Shown: positions 1 through 9,847, counted from the stretch's first letter. The stretch is 64,000 bases of DNA from Gammaproteobacteria bacterium (GCA_965116495.1 OZ220696.1:2688001-2752000); one strand, 5' to 3'. The notes: generated by a model not told the origin, from the sequence alone. Numbers and translations are program-made.

Positions 1-934
1 GGCGGACCTGCTGCAGCGCGCTGAGGTTACCTCCTTTATCCGGGATATGGTTGCAGAATATAATTACGATGCGGATGAATTGAATGACGTTCTCGGCAGG
101 GTGCAGCTTTCAGAAAAAGTGATTGCCGCCATTTCAAGACCCGCGGAAGCCCTGCCATGGTACCGCTACAGGCTGATATTTATGAAGTCCGGCCGTATAA
201 AAGGTGGAGTTGAATTCTGGCGCCGGAATAAAACGCAACTTCAACGCGCCACCGAAGAATACGGCATCCCGGCAGAAATCATGGTCGCCATCATAGGAGT
301 TGAAACAAAATATGGCCGCATCAAGGGTAGTTTCAAGGTCATCAATTCGCTGTCGACCCTGGCGTTTGATTACCCGAAACGCAGCAAGTTCTTCAGCCGG
401 GAATTGAAGCATTATCTGCTGCTTACCCGGGAGCAATCCCTTGACCCGCATTTATTGAAAGGTTCTTATGCCGGGGCAATGGGTATCCCGCAATTCATAC
501 CCAGCAGTTATCGCGCGTATGCCGTAGATTTCGATAAGGACGGCCTGACTGATATCTGGAAGAACCCGACTGATGCAATCGGCAGTGTCGGGAATTATCT
601 TAAACGACACGGTTGGATAGAAGGTGCAGAGATCGTCATTCCCGCCGATATCCCGGACGGGGACGTTTCGGCGTTGCTGACAAAGGGACTTGAACTGAAA
701 CTGACCATGGCGGACGTGGCAGCAAGCGGAGTCACTACAGGTACAGAGATTGATGCGACGGAAAAAGTCAAATTACTCCAGCTTGAAAACAGGGATGGTC
801 ATGAATACTGGGTGGCGCTAAATAATTTTTATGTCATTACCAGGTATAACCACAGCGCGTTGTATGCAATGGCGGTTTACCAATTGGCAACTGCAATCAA
901 GGCCCGGTACCAGTCCGACGGCAGAGATTCCTGA
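1..934 (+). CDS. mltB: Lytic murein transglycosylase B (5'-truncated by window edge)
   Basis: Motifs IIGVETKYG and GSYAGAMGIPQFIPSSY; the frame is open from base 2 upstream of the ATG at 47; lies upstream of rlpA and dacA. Confidence 0.93.
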   Translation, partial: ADLLQRAEVTSFIRDMVAEYNYDADELNDVLGRVQLSEKVIAAISRPAEALPWYRYRLIFMKSGRIKGGVEFWRRNKTQLQRATEEYGIPAEIMVAIIGVETKYGRIKGSFKVINSLSTLAFDYPKRSKFFSRELKHYLLLTREQSLDPHLLKGSYAGAMGIPQFIPSSYRAYAVDFDKDGLTDIWKNPTDAIGSVGNYLKRHGWIEGAEIVIPADIPDGDVSALLTKGLELKLTMADVAASGVTTGTEIDATEKVKLLQLENRDGHEYWVALNNFYVITRYNHSALYAMAVYQLATAIKARYQSDGRDS

Positions 935-961
935 ACGTTTTTTCATTTACACCAATGGATT

Positions 962-1795
962 TTGCCTTCCGTGATCTGTGAGCCCTGTGCGATAATCCGT
1001 AAACGGATTTTGCCGGTATTGCTGCTTTCGGCAATATCAGCCTGTTCTACCGCCCCACAGAAATACACCACCCCAAGTCGCTCGCAGGCGGAACTGGCGA
1101 AAATACCTGATGCCGTACCAAAAGTTGAACCAAGAAGCAAACATGGCAACATGAGAACCTACGAGGTATTTGGAAAAAGGTACTACGTCCTGGATAGCGG
1201 CGACGGATTTACACAAAAAGGCATTGCTTCCTGGTATGGGCCAAAATTTCATGGGAAAAAGACCTCTAACGGCGAAATTTACGATATGTATACCATGACC
1301 GCGGCGCACAAAACATTGCCGTTGCCCTCGTACCTGGAAGTGAAAAACCTGGAAAACGGGAGAAAAATCATTGTCCGGGTTAATGATCGTGGACCATTTC
1401 ACGACAACCGGGTCGTTGATTTGTCTTACACGGCGGCCATTAAGCTGGGGATGATTGCGGAGGGAACGGCCCTGGTAGAGATTCGCGCGATTAATCCCAG
1501 AACCCACAAGGGAGGAGGCAGTCCGGTCCAGACCCGGCCCGAAAAACCGGGGAAAAGCAGAGTATTGGATTTTTACATCCAGGTAGGCGTCTTTTCTGAA
1601 TTTAACAACGCGGAAAGACTGAAATATAAACTTCAGGAGTTAGACACGCCAATCACTGTAGAGCCAGCCATGTTGGACAGTGGTGTCGCTTTTCGCGTTA
1701 AAATAGGTCCGTTAAATAATATTGAGGTCGCGGATGAAATTGTCACCCGTTTAGGTCTGTTTGATATCTACGATCACCGAATCCTTCTGGAGTAA
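962..1795 (+). CDS. rlpA: Septal ring lytic transglycosylase RlpA (lipoprotein, C-terminal SPOR domain); start uncertain
   Basis: Lipobox-like AISAC, GIASWYG, TAAHKTLPLPSY, VRVNDRGPF; C-terminal YIQVGVF SPOR-like segment. Confidence 0.93.
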   Translation: MPSVICEPCAIIRKRILPVLLLSAISACSTAPQKYTTPSRSQAELAKIPDAVPKVEPRSKHGNMRTYEVFGKRYYVLDSGDGFTQKGIASWYGPKFHGKKTSNGEIYDMYTMTAAHKTLPLPSYLEVKNLENGRKIIVRVNDRGPFHDNRVVDLSYTAAIKLGMIAEGTALVEIRAINPRTHKGGGSPVQTRPEKPGKSRVLDFYIQVGVFSEFNNAERLKYKLQELDTPITVEPAMLDSGVAFRVKIGPLNNIEVADEIVTRLGLFDIYDHRILLE

Positions 1796-1845
1796 ACGAC
1801 GTGTATCAATTTCCACCTGTAAAATACAACCTTGTGAAACACCCG

Positions 1846-2991
1846 ATGTTTAAACTGCTGGTTCTTCTTGCCGGAACCAGTCTGAATAGTGTTGCCCCGG
1901 CCGTCACGGTTATGCCGCTGCCACCTGAAATTAGTGCCGCTTCATACCTGATCATGGATGCCGATAGCGGATTTCATCTGGTGGAGAAAAATATAGACCA
2001 GAGAGTGGAACCGGCCAGCCTGACCAAGATGATGACCGCTTACGTGGCTGCCAGCCAGATAGCCGGGGGCCATATCGCCATGAGCGATGAGGTGACCGTC
2101 AGCAAGAAGGCCTGGCGCATGGGCGGCTCGCGCATGTTCATTGAGGTGGGGAAACAGGTCAGTATCGAAGACCTGTTGAAAGGCGTGATAATCCAGTCAG
2201 GCAACGATGCGAGTGTGGCTCTGGCCGAACATATCTCTGGCACTGAAGAGGCGTTTGCCGGGCTCATGAATCACTATGCTTCTGAACTCGGAATGAGCGG
2301 CACGCATTTTATGAACAGTTCGGGATGGCCCGATGGGGAACACTTTACGACGGCCAGGGACCTGGCGATCCTGGCGCGCGCCATGATCCTGGATTACCCG
2401 GATATTTACGCGTTGCATTCCATCCGGGAATTTACCTACAACAACATAAAGCAGTCCAATCGAAACCGCCTGTTGTGGAAAGATTCAAGCGTGGATGGGA
2501 TTAAAACGGGACATACCGAAAGCGCGGGGTATTGCCTTGTGGCTTCATCGGTACGGGACGGGATACGCTTGATCTCAGTAATTATGGGGGCAGGTGGAAC
2601 CCAGGCCAGGACCGATGCCACGCGGGCATTATTGAATTATTCATACAGAGTTTTTGAGACGAGAAAACTGTATGCTGCCAGTGAGACGGTAACCACCGTC
2701 AAGGTATGGAAAGGGGACCGTGACAGTCTCGATCTCGTTGTGGAGGATGATATCGTATTGACCTTGCCGAAAGCACAATACGAACAGGTTCAGACAGTGA
2801 TGACAGTTGAAGAAAAACCGATTGCGCCCATTACATCGGGCCAGAAACTGGGAGAGATAAAATTGTTGCTGGATGACGAGGTCATCGCAAGCAGGTTGCT
2901 GGTCGCGTCCGAAGCCGTACCGGCAGGGAGTTTTTTTGTCCGACTCAGGGACCATATCAAACTTCACTTGAAGTCCCCGTCTCGCCAATAA
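1846..2991 (+). CDS. dacA: D-alanyl-D-alanine carboxypeptidase (PBP5/6 family)
   Basis: SxxK (SLTK), SGN and KTG motifs; ATG at 1846 precedes a signal peptide; conserved position after rlpA. Confidence 0.92.
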   Translation: MFKLLVLLAGTSLNSVAPAVTVMPLPPEISAASYLIMDADSGFHLVEKNIDQRVEPASLTKMMTAYVAASQIAGGHIAMSDEVTVSKKAWRMGGSRMFIEVGKQVSIEDLLKGVIIQSGNDASVALAEHISGTEEAFAGLMNHYASELGMSGTHFMNSSGWPDGEHFTTARDLAILARAMILDYPDIYALHSIREFTYNNIKQSNRNRLLWKDSSVDGIKTGHTESAGYCLVASSVRDGIRLISVIMGAGGTQARTDATRALLNYSYRVFETRKLYAASETVTTVKVWKGDRDSLDLVVEDDIVLTLPKAQYEQVQTVMTVEEKPIAPITSGQKLGEIKLLLDDEVIASRLLVASEAVPAGSFFVRLRDHIKLHLKSPSRQ

Positions 2992-3021
2992 CAAAACCGC
3001 TGCTGAACCGGGAACAGCCAA

Positions 3022-3867
3022 ATGTCGACGGTCTACCTGAACGGCAACTTTATTCCCCTGGAAAAAGCGCAGGTATCGGTGCTTGACCGGGGCTTCACTT
3101 TTGCCGACGGTGTCTATGAGATCATCCCGGTATTTTCCGGACGGCCATTCAGGTTAACCGAACACCTGAACAGGCTGCAGAACAGCCTGGACGGCATTTC
3201 CCTGGAACTGGATTATAATGGAGAAAAATGGCAGTCATTGATCGATGAGTTGCTCGACCTGGACCGGGTGACGGAAGATTCTTCCATCTACATCCAGGTT
3301 ACCCGGGGGGTGGGTGAGAGGAACCATTTCTACCAGGCCGGTTTTACGCCTACCGTCTTCATGTTTTGCAAACCATTGCAACAGGTGGATGTAAGCCGGG
3401 GCGTCAGCGCGATATTACATGAGGACATCAGGTGGCAATACTGTCATATAAAAGCGGTGGCATTATTGCCGAACGTACTTTTGAAACAACTCGCCAGGGA
3501 TAAAGATGGTTCTCATGAAGCGATTTTATACCGGGACGGGCATATCACCGAAGGCGCCGCGAGCAATGTTTTTATCGTGAGCGATAATACGGTCAGGACA
3601 CCGCCAAAAAGTAACCGGCTGCTGCCTGGAATTACCCGCGACCTGGCCGTGGAATTAATCCGTGATTCCGGTTATCAATGCCTGGAAGCGCCCGTTACCA
3701 AATCAGGACTGCTGCTGGCCGATGAAATATGGATAACCAGTTCCACACTGGGCATTGCCCCGGTGACCACGCTGGACGGCAAACCGGTGAGCGGCGGCAG
3801 ACCGGGTCCGGTCTGGCACGAGGTTGATGCGATTTACCAGGCGTTCAAGAGATCGGCCGGGAGATAA
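3022..3867 (+). CDS. dat: D-amino acid aminotransferase (PLP fold IV)
   Basis: VSVLDRGFTFADGVYE, TEGAASNVF and LPGITR motifs; usual neighbour of dacA. Confidence 0.85.
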   Translation: MSTVYLNGNFIPLEKAQVSVLDRGFTFADGVYEIIPVFSGRPFRLTEHLNRLQNSLDGISLELDYNGEKWQSLIDELLDLDRVTEDSSIYIQVTRGVGERNHFYQAGFTPTVFMFCKPLQQVDVSRGVSAILHEDIRWQYCHIKAVALLPNVLLKQLARDKDGSHEAILYRDGHITEGAASNVFIVSDNTVRTPPKSNRLLPGITRDLAVELIRDSGYQCLEAPVTKSGLLLADEIWITSSTLGIAPVTTLDGKPVSGGRPGPVWHEVDAIYQAFKRSAGR

Positions 3868-3925
3868 CTAACGCCTGTTTAGCCATACAATTCAGCGGAA
3901 ACTCCGGAAATTCCGATCAAGCCGG

Positions 3926-5296
3926 TCAGCCTAGTATACGTCCCGGGTTCAGTATGCTCCCGGGGTCCACGGCTTGCTTCAACAGTTTCATCAAGGCTAT
4001 CTCTTCAGCGCTCCTCGATAGATGCAAATAACTGCGCTTTTGTATTCCGATACCGTGTTCGGCGGAGACTGAGCCGTTACAGGCGCCGACGTATTTGTAT
4101 ACCACGTCATAGACCTTTTTCTTATCTTCCGTTCTGTCCACCGTGAAAATCAGGTGGAGGTTACCGTCGCCGATATGCCCGAACACCAGCAGCAAGGTGT
4201 CCGGCAGGAGCTTCTTGATTTCCATTTCAAGCTGTGCCAGGAAATCGGACATTTTATTGATGGGCACGCTTACGTCAAAATTGGCATTGTCCCGTATCAC
4301 GGCCATAGCATCGCCCACACCGTCCCGTATGGCCCAGACAGCCTGTCTCTCGCGTTCGGACTTGCAGACCACGGCATCCAGTATGCGTCCCGCCTCCAAC
4401 TCGTCCGCCAGGGCATTTTCCAGGCCGTTTTGACCGGATTTATCACTGATTTCGGTTAACACATAAATGGGATATGCCTCATCAAAAGGGCTGCTGATAC
4501 TCGGCACATGTTCAATGATGTAGTCATAATAACTGTCCCACATGACCTCAAATGAACTGAGGGACCCGCTGAATTCCCGGCTCATGAAATGCAGGAACGA
4601 TATCACATTGTCAAATGACGGCAACGCGACCAGCGCGGTACTGCGGCTTTCCGGCATGACAAACAACCGCAACACAGCACGCGTGATAATCCCCAGGGTC
4701 CCTTCGCTGCCTATGAACAGGTGTTTCAGGTCGTAACCGGCGTTATTTTTCAACATCTTGTTCAATGAAGAAATGACCGTGCCGTCGGGCAGCACGACTT
4801 CCAGACCCAGTACCAGGTTGCGGGTCATACCGAACCGGATCACCTCATTGCCGCCGGCATTGGTCGAAATATTACCGCCGATATTGCAGGACCCGCGGGC
4901 ACCCAGGTCGAGCGGAAACAGGAAGCCTGCCTGTTCCGCGGCATCCTGTATGGCCTGCAGCGGCGTACCGGCGAGCACGGTCATGGTCATTGATTCCCGA
5001 TCAAGTTCCTCGATGCCGGTCAGACGCTCAAGGGACAATGCAATTTCCTCTTCCCGCGGAGTGGCACCGCCGCATAATCCGGTGAGCCCGCCTTGCACGA
5101 CTATTTTCTGGTTGTTGGATGAGCAGATGCGCAGGATGTCGGAAACCTGTTCGGTCGACGCAGGCCGGGCGACGGCGACAGGCGCATGGGCTGTTTCCCC
5201 GGAGCTGTCGGCGTGGTATTTTTCGGAAATCCCGGTACCGGTCAGGATAACGTCCGGGCCAAGTTCCTCGATTAACTGTTTGATTGTGTTGTTCAT
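3926..5296 (-). CDS. FAD-linked oxidase (D-2-hydroxyacid dehydrogenase/GlcD-like)
   Basis: GSCNIGGNISTNAGG, GSEGTLG, FGHIGDGNLH, SAEHGIG and C-terminal LNPG motifs. Confidence 0.88.
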   Translation of the reverse strand: MNNTIKQLIEELGPDVILTGTGISEKYHADSSGETAHAPVAVARPASTEQVSDILRICSSNNQKIVVQGGLTGLCGGATPREEEIALSLERLTGIEELDRESMTMTVLAGTPLQAIQDAAEQAGFLFPLDLGARGSCNIGGNISTNAGGNEVIRFGMTRNLVLGLEVVLPDGTVISSLNKMLKNNAGYDLKHLFIGSEGTLGIITRAVLRLFVMPESRSTALVALPSFDNVISFLHFMSREFSGSLSSFEVMWDSYYDYIIEHVPSISSPFDEAYPIYVLTEISDKSGQNGLENALADELEAGRILDAVVCKSERERQAVWAIRDGVGDAMAVIRDNANFDVSVPINKMSDFLAQLEMEIKKLLPDTLLLVFGHIGDGNLHLIFTVDRTEDKKKVYDVVYKYVGACNGSVSAEHGIGIQKRSYLHLSRSAEEIALMKLLKQAVDPGSILNPGRILG

Positions 5297-5311
5297 GACG
5301 GCATAAATTCC

Positions 5312-5381
5312 GGGGTCAGAGTAAAAACTCTTCAGATTCAGGTTAAAGTATAATATTGCAACGAATTTTTACTCTGACCCC
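5312..5381. repeat. REP-like inverted repeat (GGGGTCAG type)
   Basis: Perfect 16-bp arms GGGGTCAGAGTAAAAA (5312-5327) and TTTTTACTCTGACCCC (5366-5381). Confidence 0.8.
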
Positions 5382-5464
5382 ATATATCTACTGGTTTATT
5401 GTATGCCAGCTTGACATATTCAGGTTAAAATCTGAAGAACATAAATATAAAAGGTATAACCAGG

Positions 5465-6565
5465 ATGACTTCCAAGGCACCTTTTCGGGCAGATCAGGTG
5501 GGCAGTTTATTGCGGCCGGCCCGGCTGAAATCCGCCCGCGCTGATTTTGAAAACGGCAAGACGGACGCAGACACATTGCGGTCGATTGAAAATCAGTGCA
5601 TCCGCGAAGCGGTCACACGCCAGGAAGCAGCCGGCCTGCAAGCCGTTACCGACGGAGAGTTCAGGCGCGCATGGTGGCACTTTGATTATCTGGGTGGGCT
5701 GGACGGCGTTGAACTGGTCGAGAGCGGGCAAGGCATACAGTTTCACGGGGTACAGACAAAATCGCGCACCATTGCCGTCACCGGCAGGGTGGGCTTCGAT
5801 CAACATTTCATGCTGGACCATTTCCGCTTTCTTCACTGTGTTGCCGGCGTAACGCCGAAAATGACCATCCCCTCACCTTCCGTCCTGCATTTTCGCGGGG
5901 GCAGGAAGTCCATCAGCAAACAGGTCTACCCTGGCCTGGACGAGTTCTTTGCAGATACGGCGGAAGCTTACCGCAGGGCTGTACAGGGGTTTTACGATGC
6001 CGGTTGCCGCTACCTGCAATTCGATGACACGGTCTGGGCCTACCTTTGCTCTGCAAAGGAACGCCAGGCTGCGCGTGATCGCGGCGACGATCCTGAACCC
6101 TTGCCGCGGGTTTATGCCGACATGATCAATCACGCCCTGAAAGACAAACCGGCGGATATGGTGGTGACCACCCATGTCTGCCGCGGCAACTTCCGTTCAA
6201 GCTGGATCTCGGAAGGCGGTTATGAGCCGGTTGCGGAGGTCCTGCTGGGAGATACCGCCTATGATGGCTATTTCCTGGAATACGACACGGACCGGGCGGG
6301 TGGATTCGAACCGTTGCGCTTCCTGCCGCGGGGCGATAAACGGGTTGTGCTGGGACTGGTTACCTCCAAGTCCGGAGAACTGGAAGGCAGGGACGCCATC
6401 AAACGGCGCATTGACGAAGCGGCCCGGTTCGCCGGCGTTGACCAGTTCTGCCTGAGTCCGCAATGCGGGTTCGCCTCCACCGAGGAAGGCAACATATTGA
6501 GCGAGGATCAGCAGTGGAAAAAACTGGAGATGATTGTAGAGCTTGCCCGGGAACTATGGGGTTGA
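5465..6565 (+). CDS. Cobalamin-independent methionine synthase II family protein (catalytic domain only, YxjG/YxjH-like)
   Basis: DQVGSLLRP, TDGEFRR, Zn-ligand motif HVCRGN, FLEYD, LSPQCGFAS. Confidence 0.85.
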   Translation: MTSKAPFRADQVGSLLRPARLKSARADFENGKTDADTLRSIENQCIREAVTRQEAAGLQAVTDGEFRRAWWHFDYLGGLDGVELVESGQGIQFHGVQTKSRTIAVTGRVGFDQHFMLDHFRFLHCVAGVTPKMTIPSPSVLHFRGGRKSISKQVYPGLDEFFADTAEAYRRAVQGFYDAGCRYLQFDDTVWAYLCSAKERQAARDRGDDPEPLPRVYADMINHALKDKPADMVVTTHVCRGNFRSSWISEGGYEPVAEVLLGDTAYDGYFLEYDTDRAGGFEPLRFLPRGDKRVVLGLVTSKSGELEGRDAIKRRIDEAARFAGVDQFCLSPQCGFASTEEGNILSEDQQWKKLEMIVELARELWG

Positions 6566-6584
6566 GGACTTCCCTGCGCCTCCG

Positions 6585-6704
6585 TTCGTCATTCCGGGCT
6601 TGACCCCCGTTTTCACGGGGGCAGGCTCCGGAATCCAGTAGTCAACAAAACTCCTTATAACGAATGTTTGCTTACTGGATTCCTGCATCTGCAGGAATGA
6701 CGAA
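6585..6704. repeat. CGTC-tagged REP-like palindromic element
   Basis: Outer IR TTCGTCATTCC (6585-6595) and GGAATGACGAA (6694-6704); inner IR GGAATCCAGTA (6630-6640) and TACTGGATTCC (6673-6683). Confidence 0.8.
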
Positions 6705-6735
6705 TCGAGAGTGCAGGATGAGGAACTGGGGCTAG

Positions 6736-8352
6736 CAGTCTGTCGGACTTGGGCGCTGCGATTATCTTTGCGGACCACTTTTCAGGTCTTTTTGTCGCGG
6801 CAAGGCGCACGTGCATGTTGCCTGAACCTATACATGTACATTATGGGGATGTACAGACCTCACCAGGCGCCTGTCCTGACCGGGTAAACACCCACTGCCC
6901 CCTGCATCAGGCCAGCTGCATGTTATGCAGGCGTTTACAGTTGTAGGCCAGGGCCAGTAACTGCCACTCACCGGTCACCTTCTCATGGCCGCGCAGGAGA
7001 AACTGCCGGAACCCCAGGGCCTGCTTCATGATACCGAACACCGGCTCCACGGTCTGCTGCCGCAACCGGTAGCTGGCCCGGTTGTCCGCCTGTGATAACT
7101 TCTCTTGCATCGCCACCAGCCAGGGCGCTTTCGCCGGCTTGGGCTTGGCCGCCTGCGCCGGGTCCGGCAACGGGCGGAAGTCATGCCGCCGGCGCCGGTC
7201 CTCCGTCCCCACCGCCACCAGCACGTCTATCTCCCGACCGGTCAGCGCAGCCACTTCTGTCTCCGTCGCATAGCCGTTGTCCGCCAACACCTGGGCAGGG
7301 GTCCCCAACGCCGCCGGCACCGAGTCAATGTCAGCGACCAATTCGTTGCGGTCGCTGGCGCATTGGCTGACCCGCGTCCCCAGCACCAACTGGCTGCCGT
7401 CCGCATCCACCACCGCCTGCGCATTGTACGCCTGCCGGTACTCACTGCGTTTGTTCTTGCGCATCAGGGAACTGTCCGCATCCGTCAGGTTCACCTGGGT
7501 GTCCTCCGCCGGGGTGTCTTCCGGCGGCTTGATAGGGTGCCCCTTGGCCCGGCCCCGACGCTTCTCACGCGCCGCCACCTTGCGCTCGTACTCGGCCTGG
7601 TCCGCCTGCGCTTGCGCCTTGGCCTGGCGCTCCAGACGTGCGCAGGCCGCATCCAGTTGCGTCGCCAGCGCCTCCCGCCGCGCCAACGCCTTCGGCAACT
7701 GCTGCGGGTCCGCCGCGTCCTGGCTGTCCGCACGCTCCGCTTCGGCCAGCAAATCCTTGACCTCACCCCGCAACTGCTCGCGTAATTCCACCGCCCGGTC
7801 ATAGCGGATACTGCGCCGCTTGCTCGCAGCCGCCTTCACCTTCGTCCCGTCCACACTCACCCGGCCCACCGTCAACAACTTCAATTCCTTCGCCAGCAAT
7901 AACACCTCCACAAAACCCGCCTGTACCGCCTCAAGGTTCTCCCGCCGGAACTTGCAAATCGTGTCATGGTCCGGGTGCGTGTTCGCCGTCACGTAACGCA
8001 CCCCGATATCCCGGTACGTCGCTCGCTCAATCCGGCGCGAGGAAAAAATACCGTTCGCATAACAATAAATCAGCAACGCCAGCATGATACGCGGGTGATA
8101 CTGTGCCGACCCCGTGCCCCGGGTGTTCACCACAAACTGACTCAAAGGCACCCGTTCCACCGCTGCCACGACAAAATGCGCCAGGTCATCCTCGGGTAGC
8201 CACTCGCGTAAATCCGGTGGTAACAGGTAGGGTTGGTTACGGTCACTTTGCACAAAGTTTTCCATCGAAGCAGCCTCTATCGAACAGCGTGTGGTATCAT
8301 CAAATCGTGTCGTCTATTATACCTCTATCCCAGCCCTAAGTCCGACAGACTG
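6736..8352 (-). mobile_element. IS1182-family insertion sequence
   Basis: Perfect 15-bp IRs CAGTCTGTCGGACTT (6736-6750) and AAGTCCGACAGACTG (8338-8352); flanking CTAG duplication at 6732-6735 and 8353-8356; intact transposase inside. Confidence 0.92.
6907..8265 (-). CDS. IS1182-family DDE transposase
   Basis: LLPPDLREWLPEDDLA, GIFSSRRIE, PDHDTICKFR, VDGTKV, YNAQAVVD, ADNGY, VEPVFG motifs. Confidence 0.93.
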   Translation of the reverse strand: MENFVQSDRNQPYLLPPDLREWLPEDDLAHFVVAAVERVPLSQFVVNTRGTGSAQYHPRIMLALLIYCYANGIFSSRRIERATYRDIGVRYVTANTHPDHDTICKFRRENLEAVQAGFVEVLLLAKELKLLTVGRVSVDGTKVKAAASKRRSIRYDRAVELREQLRGEVKDLLAEAERADSQDAADPQQLPKALARREALATQLDAACARLERQAKAQAQADQAEYERKVAAREKRRGRAKGHPIKPPEDTPAEDTQVNLTDADSSLMRKNKRSEYRQAYNAQAVVDADGSQLVLGTRVSQCASDRNELVADIDSVPAALGTPAQVLADNGYATETEVAALTGREIDVLVAVGTEDRRRRHDFRPLPDPAQAAKPKPAKAPWLVAMQEKLSQADNRASYRLRQQTVEPVFGIMKQALGFRQFLLRGHEKVTGEWQLLALAYNCKRLHNMQLA

Positions 8353-8356
8353 CTAG

Positions 8357-8812
8357 CCCGCATTTCTCACCAGGTCGCTGTCTGCCACCGGATGTTTGTT
8401 TGCAGTCAATGAGTTACTACGCATTCTTCACTATCTCGCCATTTACAGGCTGCGCTTGATGCGCCCTCGCTTGTCTTTTTCCCGCCAGCGGGCACGTGTT
8501 CATTGCGTCCATCCCTGGACGCAACCCTTCGGGCGGCTATCGCCGTGCAAATCGGCTGTCCTGCCGATTTGTCCCTCAACCAGACAAATCTGCCTGGAGC
8601 AGATTTGGACGCTCGCAGAGCGCCCGCAGGGGGCGCCCCAAGGATGGGGCGCATCAACTACGGCTATGCTTTCGGTCGCAGGCACCCGCTGGCGGGACAA
8701 ATCTGCCAGGAGCAGATTTGGACGTCCGCAGGACGCCCGCAGGGTGTGCGCCACGGAAGGCGCACATCTAAAATCCGGCGCGATCATCGCATCACCTGGT
8801 GAGAAATGCGGG
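8357..8812. mobile_element. Non-autonomous MITE (456 bp) carrying three structured ~73-bp repeats
   Basis: Perfect 19-bp IRs CCCGCATTTCTCACCAGGT (8357-8375) and ACCTGGTGAGAAATGCGGG (8794-8812), each flanked by CTAG; no transposase inside. Confidence 0.85.
8501..8768. repeat. Three copies of a multi-hairpin repeat beginning GACAAATC
   Basis: Copies at 8501-8573 (minus), 8583-8655 (plus) and 8696-8768 (plus); sequences diverge but stems stay paired. Confidence 0.85.
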
Positions 8813-9829
8813 CTAGAACGACGCAGGCACCGGCGGCAGTTCACCGCTGGCGTAACGTGTCTCCAGTCCCGGTGTCAGGTTCTCCCAGACCAGCAGCATG
8901 GAACGTTTCGGAGAAAAGCCGCGATGGCGTATGTCCGCCGGCATGCAGGACACGTCCCCGGCTTTCATGGTAACCACGCACATCGGGGCAGCTGTATCCT
9001 TGTCAGCTACTTTCCAGGTAATCTCATCGGACATCTGGATAAACCATTCCACCCTGTCGTTGCCGTGGTCCACCGGCAGGATATGTTCTTCCGACGTCGG
9101 GCAGTAAGCGCTGGCTCTCACAATGGAAACGATAGACGGATTCCAGGTAACCGGCGAGCGGGACAGGTATTTGAACAGGTTGAAGGCCGCGAGTTGTCCT
9201 TCGAAACCAGCTTCGGCATGGACTTCCGGCTCGGACTGGTCCACATCAGCGAACTGCCGGTTGACCGGCCGCCCGTTTTCATCGGAACGGACCGGGGTGT
9301 CGCCGGGCAGGCTGACGAAACGGTCCGCCAGTTCCCGCTGAAAATTGACAGCTTCATCGTTGTTGCCGTTTTTAGGCCCGCGCCCGCTGCCGGTTTCAAG
9401 CGGCGCGGCAAAGGGGTTGAAACCGGCATTGGTCCAATCCAGCATCAAGCCTTTAAAACAGGCAAGTAACACGCCCGGTTCAAACCGTTCGGTAAAGTCG
9501 GTGCCGGAATCCTTGTAGGCCTGGTTATAGGCACCCATGAAGACGTCGACGCTGTCGTAGTTATTTACGGTGCCGAACACCTCATCAAAGTTGACCCAAC
9601 CGTAAAAAAATCCCCATGCCACGTCGCGTATCATCGAGCGCATAAAATTCTCCACGTCCATCACGTGGGTCACGGTCGGACACTGGATACGGGCAAAATA
9701 CTCATCCCGTTCAAACTTGAACGAGCCGATTTCAAAGCGCTTGTAGCCGTTGACCGGGTGCGGCGCGCTTTCACGATGCGCTCCGGTAAGAATCGGCAGG
9801 TCGGTAATTTGTTCTGCTATGGCTGCCAT
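8813..9829 (-). CDS. Hydroquinone 1,2-dioxygenase large subunit (HapD/HqdB-type, cupin)
   Basis: RDEYFARI, RDVAWGFFYGWVNFDEVFGT, CPTSEEHILPVDHGNDRVEWFIQ and MPADIRHRG are typical of type II hydroquinone dioxygenase large subunits. Confidence 0.88.
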   Translation of the reverse strand: MAAIAEQITDLPILTGAHRESAPHPVNGYKRFEIGSFKFERDEYFARIQCPTVTHVMDVENFMRSMIRDVAWGFFYGWVNFDEVFGTVNNYDSVDVFMGAYNQAYKDSGTDFTERFEPGVLLACFKGLMLDWTNAGFNPFAAPLETGSGRGPKNGNNDEAVNFQRELADRFVSLPGDTPVRSDENGRPVNRQFADVDQSEPEVHAEAGFEGQLAAFNLFKYLSRSPVTWNPSIVSIVRASAYCPTSEEHILPVDHGNDRVEWFIQMSDEITWKVADKDTAAPMCVVTMKAGDVSCMPADIRHRGFSPKRSMLLVWENLTPGLETRYASGELPPVPASF

Positions 9830-9847
9830 AATTATTTCCCCCTCAGA

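Noticed and set aside
5465-6565. Canonical metE
   Set aside because: Only 366 aa and lacks the N-terminal folate-binding half, so the symbol was withheld
8501-8768. Possible CRISPR array
   Set aside because: Only three long (~73 bp), diverged units, one inverted, with no regular spacers and no cas genes
8396-9469. 357-aa plus-strand ORF
   Set aside because: Runs through the GC-rich MITE repeats and antisense to the hydroquinone dioxygenase large subunit; no recognisable motifs
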